From: an uncultured virus (IMG/VR IMGVR_UViG_3300025030_000083) | Taxonomy: Duplodnaviria; Heunggongvirae; Uroviricota; Caudoviricetes | Length of the DNA: 20,000 nt | Strand: one strand, 5' to 3' | Virus record (IMG/VR): IMGVR_UViG_3300025030_000083 | Location: 55,292 to 75,291 of that record | Part shown: positions 15,292 through 20,000 of the stretch, piece after piece | Layout of the letters: each line of letters starts with the position of its first letter | Numbering within the stretch: the first letter of the stretch is position 1 | Notes under the pieces: generated by a model | What the model saw: only the letters and a program-made list of their open reading frames with translations | Told to the model about the DNA's origin: nothing | Databases searched by the model: none | Made by a program: the position numbers and the translations under genes

Positions 15292-16500
15292 ATGGCCACG
15301 CTTGACAGACGTGCGGCGATGAAAGAATCTCTGGCAAAGAAAACCCAAGAGTCATACGAAAAGCGGGATGACTCTGGGCAGTTTAAAAACATTTTCAAAG
15401 ATGAATACGTTAGCAAACTTTGGAAATGTGGGGAGGGGGAACATCTTATCGATATTATTCCCTTCCTTGCTGGAGACCATGATCCTAATACCAAGCCTGG
15501 GGAACCCAATTATGTATTGATTCTTTGGGTTCATTATCAGGTAGGGGTAAATCAAGATGCTTATGTTTGCCCCGCTCGCAATTATAATAAGTCCTGCCCC
15601 ATTTGCGAATATCGTGAAGAGGTTCGCCGGCAGGAGGATTATGATGAGGATCTGGTAAAGGAACTCACCCCCAAACGTCGGAGTATCTACAATATCCTGT
15701 GCTACGATAATGATAAGGAAGAGAACAAGGGGGTTCAGATCTTCGATGCCGCCCACTGGTTTATGGAGAAGCATATTGCACCTTTGGCTAAGACCCCCGT
15801 TCGGGGGGCTGGAAAATCCACTGATATGTACGTGGCATTCTCAGACCCAGATACAGGGAAATCCATCTCCTTTACTCGTAAGGGAACCAAGAGGAATTCG
15901 GAATTTCTAGCCCATAAGTTTGTGGACAGAAATTACCAAATTCCTGATGAAGTTTTGGATGCGGCTTTCATTTTGGACGATTGCGTCAACTATTCTTCTT
16001 ATGATGAAATTAATCTGGCTTTTCAAGGAGGGGGAGGGGATGTAGCTCCCCCAACAGAGGAATCCCCAGCACCCCAACCGACAGCGGCTCCCGCAGAATC
16101 CCGACTTCGTACCAGAGCAACTCCTGCTCCTGCTGCGGAACCTCCGATACCTGCCCCGGCTGTTAATCCAACCCCCACCCCCCGTCAACGCCCCGCCGCT
16201 ACTCCAGTAACGGCTGGTGCCCAGATCTGTCCTGTTGGGGGAGTATTTGGGGCAGATTGTGAAAAGTATAACGAGTGCGCTACTTGCCCCATTTGGGATG
16301 ACTGCTCGGCTGAGAAGGATAAGATTGATGCGGCTGGCGCAGAGACTTCTGCACCCTCTGCTACTCGTCCTACTCCTGCAGCCCCGGCAACTCCTAGACC
16401 AACTCCTAGACCTGCGGCTCCTGCAGCAGCGGCTCCGGTAGCAACCACTGCGGCTCCTGCCACTGCAGGACCCAGACGTGGTTTAAGACCAAGAGGGTAA
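15292..16500 (+). CDS. Single-stranded DNA-binding protein (T4 gp32-like) with Pro/Ala linkers and an extra Cys-rich domain
   Basis: GEHLIDIIP, VHY, YVCP....KSCPICE, YNI, GVQIF, DPDTGKSISFTRKG; strong RBS AAGGAGG. Confidence 0.78.
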   Translation: MATLDRRAAMKESLAKKTQESYEKRDDSGQFKNIFKDEYVSKLWKCGEGEHLIDIIPFLAGDHDPNTKPGEPNYVLILWVHYQVGVNQDAYVCPARNYNKSCPICEYREEVRRQEDYDEDLVKELTPKRRSIYNILCYDNDKEENKGVQIFDAAHWFMEKHIAPLAKTPVRGAGKSTDMYVAFSDPDTGKSISFTRKGTKRNSEFLAHKFVDRNYQIPDEVLDAAFILDDCVNYSSYDEINLAFQGGGGDVAPPTEESPAPQPTAAPAESRLRTRATPAPAAEPPIPAPAVNPTPTPRQRPAATPVTAGAQICPVGGVFGADCEKYNECATCPIWDDCSAEKDKIDAAGAETSAPSATRPTPAAPATPRPTPRPAAPAAAAPVATTAAPATAGPRRGLRPRG

Positions 16501-16507
16501 TACATAT

Positions 16508-16743
16508 GGGGACGGTCACAGACGGTCGGGGTGTATTGGTTCGGGATAGCCTATCACTTCTTCCCAACTGTCCGTCCCCTTTTTGATTGCTCCAGGGAGC
16601 GTTAAGCCTTGTGTAGGGGGCTGAAACTGGTGCATTGGTTGGGGGGGTGTTCCGTATGTCTGGTTAGATTTTCCGGTACGGACACGGATGGTAACCGTGC
16701 TGACCAAGCGAATGTCTTGGGACGATGGCACCCCTAACCACCA
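16508..16743 (+). ncRNA. Cluster of three GC-rich structured RNA elements of unknown family
   Basis: GGGGACGG/CCGTCCCC + T5; TGCTCCAG/CTGGTGCA; a multibranch element closed by TGGTTGGGG.../...CCCCTAACCA. Confidence 0.5.
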
Positions 16744-16761
16744 AATTAATTAGGAGGGAAA

Positions 16762-17019
16762 ATGATAGTAAAACAGAAATTAGATAATTGTGAAAATCAC
16801 GGCCTTCAATATTCTTGGAAAGTTTTTGAGTTACATCAAAAATGGGGGGATGGGCGCAAATTAGTAAATGGTAGTTCCTTTCCTCCTACTGAAACTCCTA
16901 TTAGAGAAAAACTACTTCCCCTTATTATGAAACAAACCACCCATATTAGGAAATGTCAAAATTGTTTACGAGAAGAATTATTTGAAATGGAAGAAGTTAG
17001 AAAATGGGTTGTTAAATAA
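16762..17019 (+). CDS. Hypothetical protein (CENH...CQNC)
   Basis: RBS AGGAGG. Confidence 0.7.
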   Translation: MIVKQKLDNCENHGLQYSWKVFELHQKWGDGRKLVNGSSFPPTETPIREKLLPLIMKQTTHIRKCQNCLREELFEMEEVRKWVVK

Positions 17020-17134
17020 TGGATGATGGGGTGCCCTATACCATATTCAAACTGCGTCATCCAGACTTGGGGAGTGGGAGCTACCAGCCGGATAAGGGAC
17101 TGCCTCTCTTGAGGCTTATATCCCACTTCCCAAG
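17020..17134 (+). ncRNA. Two tandem stem-loops (structured RNA or leader)
   Basis: TGGATGATG/CGTCATCCA; 14-bp CTTGGGGAGTGGGA/TCCCACTTCCCAAG enclosing GCCTC/GAGGC. Confidence 0.5.
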
Positions 17135-17143
17135 GACTATAAA

Positions 17144-17431
17144 ATGAAAAAAGAAGTTATCAAAGAAGATCCTATGCACGAATGGTTTGGATTAACTTAT
17201 GCATCATACTTAGTTCTTCCTAGAGTAGGATTAATTTCAATGCCATATAATTGGCAAAAGAAAATGGTCAAACTTTTAGAAGAAATGAAAGAAACTTTTT
17301 ATCCAGATGATCTTATGCCGGAATTATCTCAATACAAAGTTCTACTTACAGATAAAACTGGAAGATCTATCAAAGACCCGTTACGTCATTATCGTCACCA
17401 TCCTAAGTTAAAAATTAAGGAAAAAATTTGA
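17144..17431 (+). CDS. Hypothetical phage protein (WFGLTYASYLVLPR...MP..WQ...DPL..YRH)
   Basis: RBS AAGGA; overlaps the next start. Confidence 0.75.
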   Translation: MKKEVIKEDPMHEWFGLTYASYLVLPRVGLISMPYNWQKKMVKLLEEMKETFYPDDLMPELSQYKVLLTDKTGRSIKDPLRHYRHHPKLKIKEKI

Positions 17432-18294
17432 GCAATCTTTTAATAATTGATTCTAATTTCATAGCATACAGAGCCATGCTATCAATGATGGGACTCTCTT
17501 ATGAGGAACATTCCACTGGAGTTATATTTGGTTTCATGAGAGAAATTTTAAAGTTATCGGAGGATTTTGAACAACCTCGATTTACATTTGCTTGGGATTC
17601 TAGAAAATCATATCGTAGAGATGTTTACCCTGATTATAAAAAACGCCCTCAAATTGAAGATCCCGAGATGGAAGATATAATTCGTTCTGGTAAACCCCAA
17701 TTTACGGAAATTCGTACAAAGATTCTTCCTAAATTAGGATTTCAAAATAATTTTATTCAAACTGGATTAGAAGCAGACGATATTATTGCTCATATAGCTA
17801 ATGACCATGCTTGGGAATTTGATCATACTTATATTGTAACGTCGGACGAAGATTTATACCAATTATTAAATTCAAAAGTATCTATTTATAATCCAAGAGA
17901 AAAGAAAATTTACTCTAAAGATGATTTCATAGAAGAAAAAGGGATAGACCCTAATATGTGGTACTACGTTAAATCGGTCGCAGGGTGTTCATCTGATAAT
18001 ATAAAAGGAGTAGTTGGAGTTGGCGAGAAAACTGCTATAAAATATTTAAAATCAGAATTAGGAGTTAGTTCAAAAAAATATCAAGATATACATGCTTTTG
18101 ATCCTACTTTTAATTATTCCTTAGTGAAACTTCCTCATAAAAGATCCACTTCGGTAGATTTAGTACCAGATAAATTAGATTTCAATATATTTGAGGGAAT
18201 ATGCATGGATTATGGATTTTCTAGTTTTTTAAAGAGGGATTTATACAACAAATGGAGAGTTTTATTAAAAGGAGATCAGAATGCCATTGATTAA
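17428..18294 (+). CDS. 5'-3' exonuclease / flap endonuclease (PolI N-terminal or T4 RNase H-like)
   Basis: LIIDSN..AYRA, WDS...YR...YPDYK, EADDII, SDEDLYQL, GCSSDNIKGVVGVGEKTA. Confidence 0.92.
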   Translation: MSNLLIIDSNFIAYRAMLSMMGLSYEEHSTGVIFGFMREILKLSEDFEQPRFTFAWDSRKSYRRDVYPDYKKRPQIEDPEMEDIIRSGKPQFTEIRTKILPKLGFQNNFIQTGLEADDIIAHIANDHAWEFDHTYIVTSDEDLYQLLNSKVSIYNPREKKIYSKDDFIEEKGIDPNMWYYVKSVAGCSSDNIKGVVGVGEKTAIKYLKSELGVSSKKYQDIHAFDPTFNYSLVKLPHKRSTSVDLVPDKLDFNIFEGICMDYGFSSFLKRDLYNKWRVLLKGDQNAID

Positions 18295-19324
18295 ACGCAA
18301 AATACAAGATGTAGCAAAAGGGTTAGTGGCTATACATGAAGAAGAGGAAGAAGTACTTATAGATAAAAGTCGCATGGTTTCTACGGGGTCCACGTTACTA
18401 GATTTGGCGATCAGTGGTAGACGCATACGTGGGGGAGGAGTTCCCTCCGGTATACTTATGGAAATTTCTGGACCCCCTTCTAGTGGAAAAACCTCCGTTC
18501 TTGGAGAGATGGTAGCCTATGTCCAAAATACTGGTGGTATAACCAAAATAGGAGATGCCGAACGTCGAATGACTCCAGATTGGTTAAAATATATGGGGAT
18601 CAAAATTAATAAAGAAGATTTATCAAATCCTACTACTGTTAAAGAAGTAGAAAATTTAATTATGGAAACCCCTGAATCTGAAAATGGGGGAGTTAGTTTG
18701 ACAGCCATAGATAGCGTTGCTGTTTTAATGTCTTCATTAGAAGATGAAAAGGGGGATAAAAGAGGTAGTTCAAGAGCGAAAGAATTCCATCAATTATGCC
18801 GAAAGGCAAAAGCAGAAATATCCAAGAAAAATCGTTTGGTCGTACTAACAAATCAAGTACAAGATATCCAAGATGCATTACCTGGGCAAAAAAGAACTAA
18901 AACTGGTGGTGGAAATGCTATCCCATTTTTAGCATCTCTACGTTTAGAAGTAACACCTACATTAGGATCTAAAATCAAGAAAAAAGTAAAAATAGGAGCA
19001 GTAGAGGTTGAAAAAGTAATTGGAGTAAAATCCAAAGTAACGGTAATAAAAAGTTCTATAGACGCCCCATATAGAGAAGCCGATATATTCATAATTTTTG
19101 ATTATGGGCTTGACGATCTATGGGGAAATTTAGTGTACATTAAAGAAATGTCTGGTAACAAAAAATATTGGGCCGTAACGGAGGAATTCATTAGTCTTGA
19201 AAAATCTATTAAACATATAGAAGAGAATAATCTTCAATCTCAACTCAAAGAAGCTGTTATAAATATGTGGGAAGAAATTGATTCTCAGTTTAGAACAGAA
19301 CGTTCACCAAAAAGTAGGAATTAA
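18281..19324 (+). CDS. recA: RecA/UvsX recombinase
   Basis: STGSTLLDLA, EISGPPSSGKT, DAE, IDSVA, TNQV, GGNAIPFLASLRL. Confidence 0.93.
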   Translation: MPLIKRKIQDVAKGLVAIHEEEEEVLIDKSRMVSTGSTLLDLAISGRRIRGGGVPSGILMEISGPPSSGKTSVLGEMVAYVQNTGGITKIGDAERRMTPDWLKYMGIKINKEDLSNPTTVKEVENLIMETPESENGGVSLTAIDSVAVLMSSLEDEKGDKRGSSRAKEFHQLCRKAKAEISKKNRLVVLTNQVQDIQDALPGQKRTKTGGGNAIPFLASLRLEVTPTLGSKIKKKVKIGAVEVEKVIGVKSKVTVIKSSIDAPYREADIFIIFDYGLDDLWGNLVYIKEMSGNKKYWAVTEEFISLEKSIKHIEENNLQSQLKEAVINMWEEIDSQFRTERSPKSRN

Positions 19325-19325
19325 T

Positions 19326-19766
19326 ATGAATGAAAATAAGGTCGTCAATTTAAGTCCTAACGTTGAAGAAAAACGATGGGAATTATTTTTAACCCATTTG
19401 ACTAAAGAGCTATTCGGATCAGCCATACTTTTACAATTACCAAATTGGAAATATAAAGGAACCCCCGTTCAACCTCAAGAAATAATTTTATTGCAATTAT
19501 CTGGTTGGAAAAAACTGATGTTTTCCATATCAGATATAATAGTAGATCAAATTAATACGATAAAATTAGATATAACTAGTCATACCGTAACAGAATCAAA
19601 AAGAAGAGAAGAAGAAGTAAGATGGAAAACGGAGGCTTTGAAATCTATACGGGGATTATTTTGGTCTATAATTAAATTGAAATATTTCCCCGGAAAAGAA
19701 CTAACGGCTAAATCATTGGATGGTGAAGTTGTTTTGGTTGAATTCTTTGGAAGTCAGAGAGGATGA
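19326..19766 (+). CDS. Hypothetical protein
   Basis: ATG 19326 follows the recA stop; RBS AGGA. Confidence 0.6.
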   Translation: MNENKVVNLSPNVEEKRWELFLTHLTKELFGSAILLQLPNWKYKGTPVQPQEIILLQLSGWKKLMFSISDIIVDQINTIKLDITSHTVTESKRREEEVRWKTEALKSIRGLFWSIIKLKYFPGKELTAKSLDGEVVLVEFFGSQRG

Positions 19767-19773
19767 AAAACCC

Positions 19774-20000
19774 ATGAGTATAGTGATGGGGCTAGATTTA
19801 TCATTATGTGCAACTGGATTGGTAGCCGTAGATAATAATTGGAGAATAGTAGAACAACGACTCATAACATCTTCTTCCAAAGAGGAAAATACACCAAGAT
19901 TAACAAAAATAGCAATTAGTATTGGATTATCCGTCGGTAAGATTAAACCTGATCTAATAATGATAGAAGGTCCTGCTTTTGGTATCACCAAAACAATCAG
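19774..20000 (+). CDS. ruvC: RuvC-like Holliday junction resolvase (3' truncated, absent from the ORF track)
   Basis: MSIVMGLDLSLCATG...RL......KPDLIMIEGPAF; RBS GAGG. Confidence 0.82.
   Translation, partial: MSIVMGLDLSLCATGLVAVDNNWRIVEQRLITSSSKEENTPRLTKIAISIGLSVGKIKPDLIMIEGPAFGITKTI

Noticed and set aside
16020..16480. Repeat array or CRISPR in the GC-rich repetitive stretch
   Set aside because: The repeats (e.g. CAACTCCTAGAC twice) simply encode Pro/Ala/Thr linkers; there is no repeat-spacer periodicity.
16616..16743. tmRNA: GGGGCTGAAACTGG resembles a tmRNA 5' end and the region ends in CCACCA
   Set aside because: Too short, no T-loop (GTTCRA), no matching acceptor strand for GGGGCTG, and no tag ORF.
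16508..17134. Canonical tRNA, hammerhead ribozyme or group I intron
   Set aside because: No T-arm or D-arm consensus, no CUGANGA/GAAA core in a suitable arrangement, and no recognisable P7 elements or interrupted gene.
327..19991. Short - strand ORFs outside the IS (e.g. 799-1137, 3885-4337, 8008-8349, 15352-15774, 16516-16731, 19713-19991)
   Set aside because: Antisense shadows of + strand genes or structured regions, with no RBS or domain support.
1..20000. Stop-codon reassignment (alternative genetic code)
   Set aside because: Conserved genes are full length under code 11, and TAA, TGA and TAG all end genes at sensible junctions.

Overview
This window is a densely packed, almost entirely + strand DNA replication/recombination module of a large dsDNA bacteriophage (or prophage), read in standard code 11. 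In order it holds: a 5'-truncated radical SAM enzyme, a PD-(D/E)XK nuclease, a GIY-YIG/NUMOD3 remnant, a possible PCNA/gp45-type clamp, an ABA-sandwich protein and a DUF2156-like GNAT aminoacyl-transferase. These are followed by a beta-type sliding clamp and a family-4 uracil-DNA glycosylase fused to a family A DNA polymerase, with a 337-aa intein carrying a Vsr/DUF559-like endonuclease inside the UDG domain. Further on are a DnaX-like clamp loader, a UvsY-like mediator, a gp32-like SSB, a 5'-3' exonuclease, RecA and the start of RuvC. An IS200/IS605 element (tnpA with a mutated HUH motif, intact-looking tnpB) is inserted in the opposite orientation, and its entire antisense strand is one open frame. 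Two GC-rich intergenic regions after the SSB gene fold into clusters of stem-loops. All family calls come from motif recognition by eye; no database searches were run.
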